From contig NC_043000.1 in the NCBI RefSeq assembly GCF_006345805.1, positions 116,374,001-116,438,000 on the forward strand: 64,000 bases of DNA, read 5' to 3'. This document shows, piece after piece, positions 1 to 13,500 of this stretch. A model generated the notes under the pieces. It made no database searches. It was not told the DNA's origin and saw only the letters and a program-made list of their open reading frames with translations. The translations under genes were made by a program, and so were the position numbers. The stretch comes from Octopus sinensis (lineage: Eukaryota). Position 1 is the first letter of the stretch, and every line of letters starts with the position of its first letter.

Positions 1-76
1 TATATAGATAGATATATACATCACTTTTCTCCTCTCTCTCCTCTCTCCGTCTCTCTCCTCTTTCTCTGGACTCTGC

Positions 77-135
<59 letters not shown>

Positions 136-1099
136 CGGTTAAGTAATTGAGATTCTAGTGAATTCTAAAGAATTCACATGAATATGGTCCTTAACTAGGA
201 TGCACCGGAAATATATATGGTGTTAACCATACGACAAGTGGGGTGATTACAAATAGGAAAAAAGCAACAAGAATGGATTAAAATCTCGGTACGATCGTTT
301 CGTACGAGGACATCTTTAATAAGCTACAAAAATTGCAGTGAATACAGATGGCTCGAATTCGTCAGCCGAAAAAACATCAGAGAATTCCCAAACATCAAAA
401 GAGGTAGATACAAAAGAGGTTGTAAGATTAGCTGCATTGAAGAAAGTTAGATTCATGGAGATCCGATGAAAGGTTTTAAACCTATAGAATTTATGCATGT
501 CTACATATAGCTCATATTGAATATTTGATCAAGTTGTGTGAAGAAATTTTCGGATACAGTCATGCAAAATTTCTGAAAATCCGAGTAGGAGACAAAGTGA
601 CTGCCATATCATGGCAGTCACTTTGCCTCCTACTCGGATAGCTTAGTAAGGAACCGGGATCAATAAAACTGCCCGTAAGTTAAACCAAGGAATGTGTATT
701 CAACAAAATCATACATGCAATAAAATTAATTATTATTCCTAACGTTACCATTACTATTTATTTAGAGTCCGTAATTAGTATATGCGCTAATACATTCACT
801 AATTATTTTCGCAGTTTTTCTTTTGGCGCGATCGGAAGACTATCCCCAATTTTTGGCATGACTTGTCTTTACTTTGAAACAATATTTCCTTTCCTCCAGT
901 AGTTTCCAACGTTTATAAGAATCAATTATGGCCTGTCTTAGTCAATGACCAATCCATGTCTTGTGAAAGTTTAGACATAGAAACATTACAATACACTATG
1001 AGATGCCTCAGAGATTAGGAAAACGCAAAGCTCAAGTAATATTGTACGGGTTCCGCGAAAATTTAATATAATAATGTCAACGACTCTTTGTGAATTCTA

Positions 1100-2160
1100 T
1101 AGTTTTTCTCTTATTTGTTTTATATATATAAACATTACACATACACATACACAGCCATGCACACATACATATACGTATGTATGTATATGTGCATGTATAC
1201 GTTATGTATATATATATGTTTATATGGGTATATATGTATATATATATATATATATATACATGTATATATTGTATATGTATATATATACATGCATATATAT
1301 GTATATGTATATATATATGTATATATATACATGCATATATATGTATATATATACATATATATATGTATATGTATATATGTTTCTATATGTATATATATGC
1401 ACATATATTATACATATTTATACATGTATATGTATATATACATGTATATATATGTATATATATGTATATATACATGCATATATATATATATATGTATATA
1501 TATGTATATGTGTTTATATGTGTATATATCTGTTTATATGTATATATATATGTAATATATATATGTATATATACATGTATATATTGTATATGTATATATA
1601 TACATGCATATATATGTATATGTATATATATATGTATATATATACATGCATATATATGTATATATATACATATATATATGTATATGTATATATGTTTCTA
1701 TATGTATATATATGCACATATATTATACATATTTATACATGTATATGTATATATACATGTATATATATGTATATATATGTATATATACATGCATATATAT
1801 ATATATAATATGTATATATATATGTATATATATGTATATATATGTATATATATACATATATATATGTATATATATATATATGTATATATATATATACATA
1901 TATATGATATGTGTTTATATATATATATATAATATGTATATATATATATATGTATATGTGTTTATATGTGTATACATCTGTTTATATGTATATATATATA
2001 TGTATATATATATACACATATATTATACATATTTATACATGTATATGTATATATATATATGTATATATACATGTATATATTGTATATGTATATATATATG
2101 TATATATATATATACATACATACATACATACATACATACATACATACATACATACATACT
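1100..2160. repeat. Compound (TA)n/(TATG)n/(CATA)n microsatellite with an internal ~315-bp higher-order duplication
   Basis: Pure dinucleotide/tetranucleotide texture. The same variant string (TGTATATATTG...TTTCTATATG...GCACATATATTATAC) recurs at ~1261 and ~1576. Confidence 0.95.
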
Positions 2161-3056
2161 GTCATATAACTTATGCTTAGGTTCTAGGCTATGTTTCGTG
2201 TTACTCACTGATTACGAAATTCTGGGAAATAGAACTACATGGACATGGAAATAAATGCACTTATAGTCAAGAGTTAAAATGGCTGCACACCGAGGCATTC
2301 TCCGAAATTATATTGCGAATAACACCAATAACAGAAAAGAATTACATGACGCTATTTTCCTCTCTTTATCCCGTTTTTCCATCATTACAATGCTTTATAT
2401 ACCTTTATGCATTTCCATCGATATCGTTTCTGTTCAACAAACGAATGTATTAATGCATTAAACATTACCTATATCGTAGGAACGGTTCCTAGTTATGTCG
2501 AATTGTCTCACCTGGGTCAAAACGAACTTTTCGAACAGCGATGAACGGTTTTTACTTCCAGTAGTAATAGTATTAGTTACATGGAAACATTGATAGTGTA
2601 TTACTCATGGTCTGAGATATGCAATTTAATTTAAAGTTTTTTATTTGTGTAATATAGTTGCATGCTTGATCACACAGTGAGATATGAGATATAAGCGATA
2701 TTGGTAAGTGCCAACACTGCTATGTTATTTGAAACAGCATTTAATATTTAACAGAACTTTGAATCATTATTGTTCAAGCTATAACACAGAAATCTATTAG
2801 TTATCTTAAGCTTGTTTCATTTATTGGACTACAGTCATGCTGGGACACCGCTTGAAGAGAATGGCATCCATTTTGTTAGTCTCGTATTTATTCTACCATC
2901 CCTTTTGCCGAACTATTAAATTACGGGAATGTAAACATTACAACACCGGCTTCCAAGCGGTGTAGGGTCGTTAACAGGCACAAACACAAAGGCAACAACA
3001 GACACACACAGAGAAATACACATATATATATTTATATATTTATCTATCTATCTATG

Positions 3057-3087
<31 letters not shown>

Positions 3088-3106
3088 TTATGTATCTATC
3101 TCTCTG

Positions 3107-3332
3107 TTTCTTTATTGCCCACAAGGGGTTAAACATAGAGGGGACAAACAAGGACAGACAAACAGATTAAGTCGACTACATCGACCCCAGTGCGTAACTG
3201 GTACTTATTTAGTCGACCCCGAAAGGATGAAAGGCAAAGTCGCCCTCGGCGTAATTTGAACTCAGAACGTAGCGGCTGACGAAATACCGCTAAGCATTTC
3301 GCCCGGCGTGCTAACGATTCTGCCAGCTCGCC
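3107..3332 (-). mobile_element. SINE family B, tail type B1
   Basis: Reverse complement has head GGCGAGCTGGCAGAATCGTTAGC (A box), B box GAGTTCAAATT, central GACTTTGCCTTTCATCCTTTCGGGGTCGA and tail TTTGTCTGTCCTTGTTTGTCCCC...AAAGAAA. Confidence 0.9.
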
Positions 3333-3385
3333 TCTCTATCAATCAATCTATCTATCTATCATCTATCTATCTATCTATCTATCTA

Positions 3386-3448
<63 letters not shown>

Positions 3449-5146
3449 GTCTGTCTGTCTGTCTGTCTGTCAAGCCGCACAGCCATGCTTGTGTACATAT
3501 CAGCTATCTATAAAAAACTTTTCCGACTCAGCCAACTGGAATGTCGTTTCCACGCCAAGAGTACCTGATAACGGTCAAATGCCGCACCAAATAATCGTTA
3601 TGTTTTTTAGTTCTGCTCTTAATGCTCGAGCAGAGTTGCATCAATTACTGTTTTTGCACATGCAATAAACTCTAACGCTGCATTAAATATGATATAAAAA
3701 TGAAATTATCTGTCTGATACTCTGGATTTCCTTTAATGAAAATTCCCATAAGAATTTAACTAAGCCAAAAACAAACGGTTCATTACGAGCTAAAACGAAT
3801 ACCATACATTAAAATCAAAGGTATAACTAATAGGTGATATTAGGAACAACTTCATAGCGAAATGGCAGGTAGCTTCCATTGAAATATTTTAGGTTTTACT
3901 TTATACAATTACGAAATTAAAAACAATTTACTCAAATATTATATATCTTCAGGGACCCATTATATGTTTGGCATTCGTATATTGTTCTCTGTATTAATGA
4001 ATCGCGTTTCAAGTAGAAATATTTTTTATCTTGGACTAAAAATATTGGAATTTTATAAAAGAATGTGCGCAGTTACAAATGAAAGTTTCAAGAATGGAAC
4101 AGTTGAAACTTGTTGAAATATTAGTATTCTTTGAAAACTGAGAATCAACTAAAAATTTACGAACCCTACAACTACGAAGTTCATGTAAATATAATTTACC
4201 TACTCTGAGAGAGCGGTCGGGGTTAGATACAAAGAGAGAGATACTTCAAAATATAGTCTAATAAATATTCACAAATAATGATGCGTATCCAGTTTAACTA
4301 AAACTATAAGAAAATGTCTATATAAAGGAGAAATTCAAATCTGACATTTGTGACACCAAAGCAATATACTTAGACGTGTTAAAACAGTATTTCTTAATGT
4401 AACAAGAAAAATAGAGTGAAAATCTACTCCAAAGCTAACCTTTTTCCGACACACAAAGATACAGAGGACGTAATTTGACATTACAGCCAACAATAATTTC
4501 AAACTGGAGGCTAAACGGAGAAACTTAATGTTTAGTATCAACAATGTAAAAATGAAAATAGCGACAGAAGATACCAATGTTAATGAAAGCTATGCAACTA
4601 ACCCAATAATGCAGTTCACAATGGTGTCTCTAGGTCTCTCATCCTTTCAAGTTAGAGTTTATTTGCAGATAAGACCGTTTCTAAGATAAACGCAAAAGAT
4701 CAGATGTTAAGGTGAGGAAAACTCCCGAGACATGTCTATTCTTAATAAACCGCTAATCAGAATGACCTAGGGGATTTTCCAAAGTGTAGGGGTGGTGGAA
4801 TTGAAACAGCAGCAGGTTTAAGATGCTAGTGAAAATGAGTTCTAATAATAACTGAAGTGCTCACAGACTGTGAAAGGTTGTGACCATTGTCAAGGACTGA
4901 CGCTTTTTGTTCATATCTTTCAACCTTTGTTCAAAAGATAGCTCTGTTATTCAGTGCGCATATCCTCCGAAAAGCACATTTCATTTTAATTCAGGCACAG
5001 GCGTGCTTGTGAGGTAACACGTTTGCTTCCCAACATGTTTCGTGATTTCATTCACTGACAGGGATCTTGGACAAATATTTTCTATGATAGCTTCAGTCCT
5101 CTTGAGTCCACTTGGAAGGCAAAAACTGTAAGAAACCCATCGTATA

Positions 5147-5491
5147 TATGTTTCAGTGATTTGACTGCGGCCATGCTGGAACATCGCCTTTAGTCGAACA
5201 AATCAACCACAGGACTTATTCTTTGTAAACCTAGCACTTATTCTACCAGTCACTTTTGCCGAACCGCTAAGTTACGGGGACGTAAACCCACCAACATCGT
5301 TTATCAAGCGATGATGGGGGCACAGACACAGACACACATGCGAATGCACACACACATATATGATAGGCTTCTTTCAGTTTCCGTCAACCAAATCCACTCA
5401 CAAAGCTATAGCAGAAGACACCTGCCCAAGGTGCCACACAGTGGAAGTGAACCCACAACCATGTAGTTGGGAAGCAAGCTTCTTACCACAC
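5147..5491 (-). mobile_element. SINE family A (tRNA-like head, internal microsatellite, CR1-like tail)
   Basis: Collinear with the intact family A copies at 21770 and 45884. A degraded 5' half of another copy lies at ~4985-5140 (+). Confidence 0.9.
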
Positions 5492-5504
5492 AATAATATA
5501 TATA

Positions 5505-5830
5505 AAGGTAAGATCCAAGGATGGAAGTTAGTGAACTTCGAGGAAACCGTAGAATATATAAAGGAAACTTTCAGGAACCATAATTGTTTAGCGGCGCAGA
5601 GGTTTAAGTTGTTTTTTTCTCCATATCGAAGTACAATAAGCTGAAATAGAGTTAATTTTTCAAGTTCACGGATTGCAACCAAGCAGAACGACAAGCTTGA
5701 CCACTGAAAAAAACGTCACCAGTATTTTAACGAATCAAAAATCAGATCCGCTCCCGGAATAAATTATAAATGCATCTGATCCCAAAACATAAAACTACAA
5801 GCGAACGCATCTACGGAAAGAGGATCAGAG
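5505..5830 (+). pseudogene. Possible degenerate Ty3/gypsy gag fragment
   Basis: Translation FEETVEYIKETFRNHNCLAAQRFKLF resembles the FEET..L..IF...SLF..RY.CL motif I recall from invertebrate gypsy gag. Short and frameshifted; no pol or LTR seen. Confidence 0.25.
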
Positions 5831-6238
5831 AAACCAAATTCCCATTTTTTTTGTACTATTTTCATTTGTCTCTTGTTTTTCCTCTCATGAGTTGTCGATC
5901 ACCGCTAACATTATATTTCTTTATTCGAATTATATTTCTTTAACATTAATGAACTTTGTACATTCAAAGAAACTGATGTACAGCTTTAATATTATTGACT
6001 GCTATGAACATTTAAACTTGCACCTGTCCTCCTAATTCAGAATGATAAATTTATGTTTTGAACATTTTAATTTGTCAACATTGAAACTTTTAAAGATGTT
6101 TTTCTAATTCATAATTTCAAACTTTTACTATTGACAAACAAAAAAAATTGTTGAAACTAGTTTGGTATATATGTAAATAAATGCATTTTAAAACTACGAG
6201 TTTTTTTTAATTTAGGTGCATTTTCAACAATTCATTTT

Positions 6239-6269
<31 letters not shown>

Positions 6270-6271
<2 letters not shown>

Positions 6272-6622
6272 TCTTTTACTTGTTTCAGTCATTTGATTGT
6301 GGCCATGCTGGAGCACCACCTTTAGTCGAGCAAATGGACCCCAGTACTTATTCTTTGTAAGCCTAAGTTACGGGGACGTAAACACACCAGCATCGATTGT
6401 CAAGTGATGTTGGGGGGGGACAAACATAGACACACAAACACACATATATATGTACATATATACGACGGGCTTCTTTCAGTTTCCGTCTACCAAATCCACT
6501 CACAAGGCTTTGGTCGGCCCGGGGCTATAGTATATGACACTTGCCCAAGGTGCCACGCAGTGGGACTGAACCCAGAACCATGTAGTTCGTAAGCAAGCTA
6601 CTTACCACACAGCCACTTCTAC
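6270..6622 (-). mobile_element. SINE family A with an internal microhomology-bounded deletion
   Basis: Full head and tail present. TGTAAGCCTAAGTTACGG joins two sites that are ~45 bp apart in other copies. Confidence 0.9.
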
Positions 6623-7182
6623 GATTATAATTATATATGGGGTTGGGTGTACGTATGTATATATTTATGTATTAATGTTTGGATATATGTATATACATAC
6701 GTACGTGTTGTGTGTGTATGTGTGTGTTGCATATATATATGTTGTCCCAACGCCACTTGACAACCAGTGTCGGATTTGCTTACGCCTCCGTAACTTAGCA
6801 TTTCAATATAAAGCACCGATATATCTAGTAGCGAGCATAGCAGCGGTCTAATGACTGAAACAAATGGAAGGTACCTGCAACCCAAACTGTAAATTCTGTG
6901 CACGTAACACAGACCCGGTACAATCTTTCCTTAATAATATAACGCATGACGCGCAACCTATAATTTATGGAGTCGTGAAATATATGCTGTACACAAAACG
7001 AATAATTCATCGAACCTTCCTTTCAGCTGCAGTATTGAAACAGAAACGCTATTGGTTAATTGTCAAAGACGCTTGATGAAAAGAAGAATTAATTTGTAAT
7101 AAATCATTAGTTAATGTCTCTAAGTTAATTTACAAGCGAAGTACAAAATTCAGGAAGTTCCAATTAAGATCATATTTTGGAA

Positions 7183-7952
7183 TATTGATCTCAAATTTTG
7201 TCACTAGGCCAGCAATTTCGGTGCGAGGGTATAAGCTAATTACATCGACTTCTCTAGTACACAGGTACCTATTTTATCGATTCTGAGAGGATGAAAGGCA
7301 AAGTTGACCACAGCGTAATTTGAACTCAGAACATGAAGACGGAAGAAATGCTGCTAACCCTTATCGCCCAGTATGCCAACGATTCTGTCAGCTTCCCGTC
7401 TTTAAGTCTTGGAATATTATAAATCATGAGAATAGGCTAATGCATACCAAAAATCCTAAAAAGAACAGTAGCATTCCTATTTCTTTACTACTCACAAGGG
7501 GCTAAACACAGAGGAGACAAACAAGGACAGACAAACGGATTAAGTCAATTATATCGACCCCAGTGCGTAACTGGTACTTAATTTATCGACCCCGAAAGGA
7601 TGAAAGGCAAAGTCGACCTCAGCGGAATTTGAACTCAGAACCAAGCGACAGACAAAATACTGCTAAGCATTACGTCCGGCGTGCTAACGTTTCTCCCAGT
7701 TCACCGCCTTTCAATACCTATTTCTTTACTACCCGCATGGAGCTAAACACAGAGAGGACAAACAAGGACAGACAAACGGATTAAGTCGATTACATCGACT
7801 TCAGTACCTAACTGGTACTTAATTTATCGACCTCGAAATGATAAAAGGCAAAGTCGACTTCGGCGGAATTTGAACTCAGAACGTAACAGCAGACGAAATA
7901 CGGCTACGCATTTCGCCCGGCGTGCTAACGATTCTACCAGCTCGCCGCCTTC
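7183..7952 (-). mobile_element. Cluster of three head-to-tail family B SINEs (B2, B1, B1)
   Basis: Three consecutive copies of the B head and central domain at ~7183-7400, 7472-7712 and 7719-7952. Confidence 0.9.
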
Positions 7953-9613
7953 AGTATCATTTCGTAGACAAACAATAAGTTTTGGACGAAACATAACAAT
8001 ATCAATGAAATCACCATCTAATAAAATTACACAAATATCACGGCATCCAGTTTTGTAACATATCACTAAATGTTGAATTATAGTGGCAAATAAACCATTA
8101 CTCGATATAAATTATAACTTAAAATGCACAGACTCTACTCTGAAAGTCTCATAAATAAAGCTAAAATGTCATAAATGAACACCAGAGGAATGAAATACGT
8201 TCCCCTACAATGCGCATGTTTGTAGTGACAGTATTATTACTATTATTAACAAACTTTAATTTAAGAGGGCAGATAACTGCTTTTGTGCTGCTGTTCTGTG
8301 TGAGAATCTGTAACTACTTATGTTTACATGTCTACTCTCTATTACCCCTTTTAGAACGTAATGGTCAGATAGATATCTGTGCAACTGTAGCTGATCTTGA
8401 TTGAGTTGTGGTTGAATGGCTTTCGCTACTTGTGTTTGAATTGGAACTTTGTCTATAATTGCCAAAAATGTATTTCTGCCAAATTAAAATTAGTTAATAA
8501 ATTTCATAGTAACATCTCCAAGATGGTAGCAGGAAATTTTAAAAGCCGTAAGTGCAATAACACTTCATATCAAGGAAACGGAAGAATATCGCAACCAAAC
8601 AGCATATTCCTCTCTCAACATTAATCATAACTCCTATGTATAGAGAATATTACATTATATCCGTTTAAGATAAGGATAAAATTTCTTCATAAGATCAAGA
8701 AAGCGTTAAACACTAATACACACTCTAAACTAAGATATGCTGATACTTCGCTTTTTTTAAATTACAACTTTGAATATTCGTCACGACTAAAATTATATTT
8801 CGTTTCCTGCATTTCAACGATTGACTCAGCACATTGATCAAAAGCTAATTATTTTTACCTCAATATTAATTTACACTTTTAATTACATATTATCTGTGAA
8901 TTAACAGATTTGTTAGTGTCGAGTAGAATGCATTGGATATTCTTTCCCACTCCCTCTGTACCGAGCTCAAAGTTCTCCGAGATCTTCCATTCGGGGATGG
9001 AAGATAAGGTGCCAAATCCATTATTGGATATTCTTTCTTTCTTTCGTTTCTTTCTTTCGTTTCTTTCTTTCTTTCTTTCTTTCGAATAAATTGGCAGTGG
9101 TTATGCATGGAATGTGATAGTCTCCGTCATGTTCAGATGTTCAACATACACTACATGCCGCCGCACCCAGTCTGCAATTACTTCAGATGTCAAGTTCTCA
9201 ATAAAACTGAAGGTTCAAGCAAAAGTGCTCCATATATTCGCAAACAATTCCCTCATAAATTTATGCAGACTCAATTGTACATCCATGCGGATGGAACATA
9301 ATATTTAAGGATCTCATTCCATTACCGGATGAATATTTCCATATATCATGTTTGTTGTCGTTGCTACAACAGATATTACTTCTGCTAACAAAATTTGATG
9401 TGATTGTTATTATTATAATTATTTATGCTGATCAGCTACAAATTAGCACTGCTCCAGCAGATCGATAATCGAACACGTTCCGGTTATTACCATCTGGCCA
9501 TAGTATCCATGCTTACACCATGAAATGTATTCTTCCTCTTATAAGATGAGTCGATTGTATTTGAATATAATTCTGTACAACTGAATTCCGAAGTGTCGAA
9601 CAACCACGAAGGC

Positions 9614-9874
9614 AAAGATTATTTGCCAACATAACATGGCAGTCCTGGTTAAGGACGAATGTTACTGTAATTTAACCCCAGAATACATCATCCCCAGCTA
9701 GCTATACAACACGATTTGTGTCCTTATATTTTCGAAGAAGGGAATTTAGCACCCCCCACTCAGCTCAAAACAATATCTCTGTATCGCGATTTCCGGGTTA
9801 TTTCTGCTGGGGCTAAATTACAGCAGCATTCGTCCTAAACCAGCACTGCCATGTTATGTTGGCAAATAATCTTT
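9614..9874. mobile_element. MITE with 68-bp terminal inverted repeats
   Basis: AAAGATTATTTGCCAACATAACATGGCAG...CCCCAG (9614-9681) is the reverse complement of ~9807-9874 with 5 mismatches. Non-coding interior; the right end reads CTT-TA (TA-TSD-like). Confidence 0.8.
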
Positions 9875-10556
9875 ACTCCACAGTACTGTTGCGTAATATC
9901 TCTCGTTATGAGATTAAAAAATATTAATTTTCTAACCACGAAGACGTTTCCTTGCAAACCAGTTGTTCTTATAATTATTTTCAATATTCCAATAGTAGAT
10001 AAAGTTATTTATGTTGTACAGCCAAGATCAGCTCTCATCTAGAAGACTTATATTTCAATAAATGCATTACCGAACACATTTTCAATATTTCTTGTCTAAC
10101 AGCTACTGGTTAAACCGTCAACATCTCGTGCATACTGTTTAAATATTTAGTGTACAATTTATTCGTTCGAGACATCAGGAACTAAGCCGTAGATGTAAGG
10201 CTGCTTTTGGTAGGGGTTTCTGAACACAATCAAAAACTCGTGTATGTTGTAATCAGGCGCGGTTTGACATTGCAGGAACTACTAAGTGAAATTTAATTTC
10301 CGTCACAGCTGAATCATGGCGACTAAAACCAGGATTAAGTAACAGAGTATATTTGATTAAATATCTACAGCTTTGGTCCTTTAATCCATACATTGTGTAT
10401 ACGGATTGAAGAAGCACAATCAGTGGAACAAATACAGTTTCAGATATGCATTTATATGATCAATTACATGACCATCTGTCCATATATATATATAATTATT
10501 ATTATTATTATTATGCATAGCTAAATCGCGATTTTACAACGTAAAGGCAGTAATAT

Positions 10557-10674
10557 ACACGTCACTAAAGTGACAAAGGTCACTTAAACCTTTGTCAGTC
10601 ATTAAGATAATACTTCGGTGTCTATTGAGTGGTTTCGACTTTTATTAGTGACCCTTTGTCACTTTAGTGACGTA
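10557..10674. mobile_element. Short foldback/MITE-like element with ~28-bp TIRs in TA context
   Basis: ACGTCACTAAAGTGACAAAGGTCACT vs AGTGACCCTTTGTCACTTTAGTGACGT. Each TIR contains a GTCAC-TAAA-GTGAC hairpin. Confidence 0.65.
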
Positions 10675-10680
10675 TATATT

Positions 10681-10684
10681 TCTG

Positions 10685-10757
<73 letters not shown>

Positions 10758-10777
10758 TATGTATACATATATGATAA

Positions 10778-10816
<39 letters not shown>

Positions 10817-11050
10817 GAGAGAAGCGAAGAAGAAGAAGAAGGAGAGAAGAAGGAGGAGAAGAAGAAGAAGACGAAGAAGCAAGAAGGAGAAGAAGAAGAA
10901 GAGAAGAAGAAGGAAGACGAAGAAGTCGAAGACGAAGAAGAAGAATAGCGGAGGAGAATTCAATTCCCACGTGGTGCGTTGCAACGCAATATATATAATA
11001 TATATAATATATATATTATATATAATAAAAGAAGGAAAATGCACATAGTT
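10681..11050. repeat. Compound microsatellite (TA)n-(GA)n-(TAA)n-(GAA)n
   Basis: Directly visible tandem simple repeats. Confidence 0.95.
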
Positions 11051-11052
11051 TT

Positions 11053-11152
11053 NNNNNNNNNNNNNNNNNNNNNNNNNNNNNNNNNNNNNNNNNNNNNNNN
11101 NNNNNNNNNNNNNNNNNNNNNNNNNNNNNNNNNNNNNNNNNNNNNNNNNNNN
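11053..11152. other. Assembly gap (100 N)
   Basis: Run of exactly 100 N, a typical placeholder of unknown size. It truncates the LINE on its right. Confidence 0.99.
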
Positions 11153-12433
11153 CCACTCAAATGTGGAAGCGATATATCTCGACTTTGCAAAGGCCTTTGA
11201 TAAAGTCGATCATGGAATGATATGTCACAAACTGCGTGATCTCAACATAGTTGGAAACTGGGAGAATGGCTTCATGACTTTCTGAAGGATAGAAGTCAGG
11301 TGGTAGTAGCCAATGGGGCCACCTCCATTAACACAGAAATAGTGAGCGGTGTTCCGCAGGGCACTGTTCTGGGACCACTACTGTTCATAATGGCCCTCTC
11401 AGACATGCCCTCAGCCACGCAGAGAGCCACGATCACAAGTTATGCAGATGATACAAAAGTTTCACAGGCAATACAGAACCTGAGGACACTAAACACCTGC
11501 AATGTGAGCTGGACGAAATATACAAGTGGGCTGAAAAGAATAGCATGCAGTTCAATGCGGGAAGTTTCAAGCTTTATACTATCAGCATGCAAAACTGAAT
11601 GCAAACCCAATGAATACACTGGACCCGGAGGGATTGCAATCCCAGAGGCACAATCAGTGCGTGACCTGGGTATTCACATGAGTGATGACGCGACCTTTCA
11701 TGTACATGTTGCTAAACTGACAATGAAATGTAGACGGCTGGCTGGATGGATTCTTAGAACCTTTAGAACAAGAGACAAAGAAACCATGATGGTCCTCTGG
11801 AAGACACTTGTCTAAGCCACTTTGACTATTGCTCTCAGCTATGGTCACCATCCAGTGTCAAGTTGATCACAGAACTTGAGGCGATCCAACGAAGCTACAC
11901 AAAGAAGATAGCCTCTATGCAGAATGTAAGCTACTGGAAAGACTCAAGAGATTAAAATTATATTCCCTGGAGCGTAGGCGGGAAAGATTGCCATAATATA
12001 CATCTGGAAGATCCTGGAGGGAAGTGTCCTGAACTTTGGCATCGAGTTACGCAAATGCCAGAACTGGGCGCCACTGCGTGGTGCCTACGACTCCAAACCT
12101 GCCATCAGATGTAGGACAAGATTCTGTGATAGCCTGGGCTTCCGAGGCCCACAGCTCTTCAATATCCTCCCGAAGAACCTGAGAGACCTGCATGGGGTGG
12201 ATACAGATGTCTTTAAAATGAAGCTGGATCTCTTCCTGTCAGGTGTCCCAGATGAACCAACTTCACGGCAGGAGAGCAGATGAGGGCAGCTGCATCGAAC
12301 TCTCTCATGCACCAAATAGCAGTTGCTAAAAGCCTCCATGAAGTGAAAACCAAGTAGCAACACACCAAATGGCGGTGCCCCAGCATGGCCACAGCTCATA
12401 AGCTGAAACTAGAATCAATCAATCAATCAATCA
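11153..12433 (+). mobile_element. CR1-group non-LTR retrotransposon: RT domain to 3' end, frameshifted
   Basis: Motifs YLDFAKAFDKVDH, GVPQGTVLGPLLF and YADDTK, then C-terminal ..GPQLFNILPKNLRDL..FKMKLDLFLSGVPDEP. The 3' UTR GGCGGTGCCCCAGCATGGCCACAGCTCATAAGCTGAAAC is followed by an (AATC)n tail. Several frameshifts and stops. Confidence 0.92.
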
Positions 12434-12454
12434 TATATATACATATATATATAC

Positions 12455-12491
<37 letters not shown>

Positions 12492-12514
12492 CATACATAA
12501 AATATATATATATA

Positions 12515-12923
12515 CAGCAGTTTGGCTGTGTGGTAGTGCTTGCTAACCAACCACATGGTTCAGGGTTCAGTCCCACTGCGTGGCATCTTGGGCAAGGTGT
12601 CTTCTACTATAGTCCCAGGCCGACCAATGCCTTGTGAGTGGATTTGGTACACGGAAACTGGAAGAAGCCCTTCCTATATATGTATATATATGTATGCGTG
12701 TGTGTGTCTGTGTGTCTGTGTTTATCCCCCTAGCATTGCTTGACAACCGATGCTGGTGTGTTAATGTCCCCGTTACTTAGCGGTTCGGCAAAAGAGACCG
12801 ATAGAATAAGTACTGGGCTTACAAAAAGAATAAGTCCCGGGTCGAGTTGTTCGATTAAAGGCGGTGCTCCAGGATGGCCGCAGTCAAATGACTGAAACAA
12901 GTAAAGAGTAAAAGAGTAAAAAG
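12515..12923 (+). mobile_element. SINE family A
   Basis: A box TGGCTGTGTGG, B box GGTTCAGTCCC, tail GGCGGTGCTCCAGGATGGCCGCAGTCAAATGACTGAAAC followed by (GTAAAAGA)n. Confidence 0.92.
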
Positions 12924-13004
12924 TATACATATATATATACATATATATACATATATATATATACATATATATACATATATATATACATATATACCATAAT
13001 ATAC

Positions 13005-13038
<34 letters not shown>

Positions 13039-13044
13039 ATATAC

Positions 13045-13095
<51 letters not shown>

Positions 13096-13389
13096 CATAT
13101 ATATATACAAGACATATATATATATACATATAAATACTTATATATACATATTATACATATATATACATATATATATACAACATATAAATACTTATATACA
13201 TATATATACTATATATATACATATATATACATATATATATACATATATACATATATATACATATATATACATATATATATACATATATACATATATAGAC
13301 ATACATATATATACATATATATACATATATATATATATACGTGTATATATATTTAAATTACAATATATAGGTATACATGTGTGTATATA

Positions 13390-13459
<70 letters not shown>

Positions 13460-13500
13460 ATATATATACGTATATATATATATATTTAATTTACAATATA
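12924..13500. repeat. (TA)n/(TACA)n microsatellite tract
   Basis: Directly visible. Confidence 0.95.

Noticed and set aside
1074-2254. Long Y/I/M/C/H-rich ORFs here and at 12.7-13.1, 43.2-43.9, 46.9-47.6, 59.2-59.8 and 60.8-61.6 kb
   Set aside because: Translations of (TA)n/(TG)n/(CA)n microsatellites, which lack stop codons by composition.
4855-4910. QTVKGCDHCQ resembling an integrase HHCC half-motif
   Set aside because: Too short, surrounded by stops, and no upstream His pair or DDE core is recognisable.
7563-8066. Recurrent ORFs MRNWYLIYRPRKDERQSRP.. / ..FKFRRGRLCLSSFRGR and ..CPRCHAVGLNPEPC..
   Set aside because: Conceptual translations of SINE B and SINE A, repeated at every copy; not genes.
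8890-9310. Protein-looking short ORFs on both strands and a 9-bp hairpin at ~8977
   Set aside because: No recognisable domain or splice signals, in-frame stops, and a hairpin length expected by chance.
10664-11048. Poly-I/R/K/L/S ORFs
   Set aside because: Translations of (TAA)n/(GAA)n repeats.
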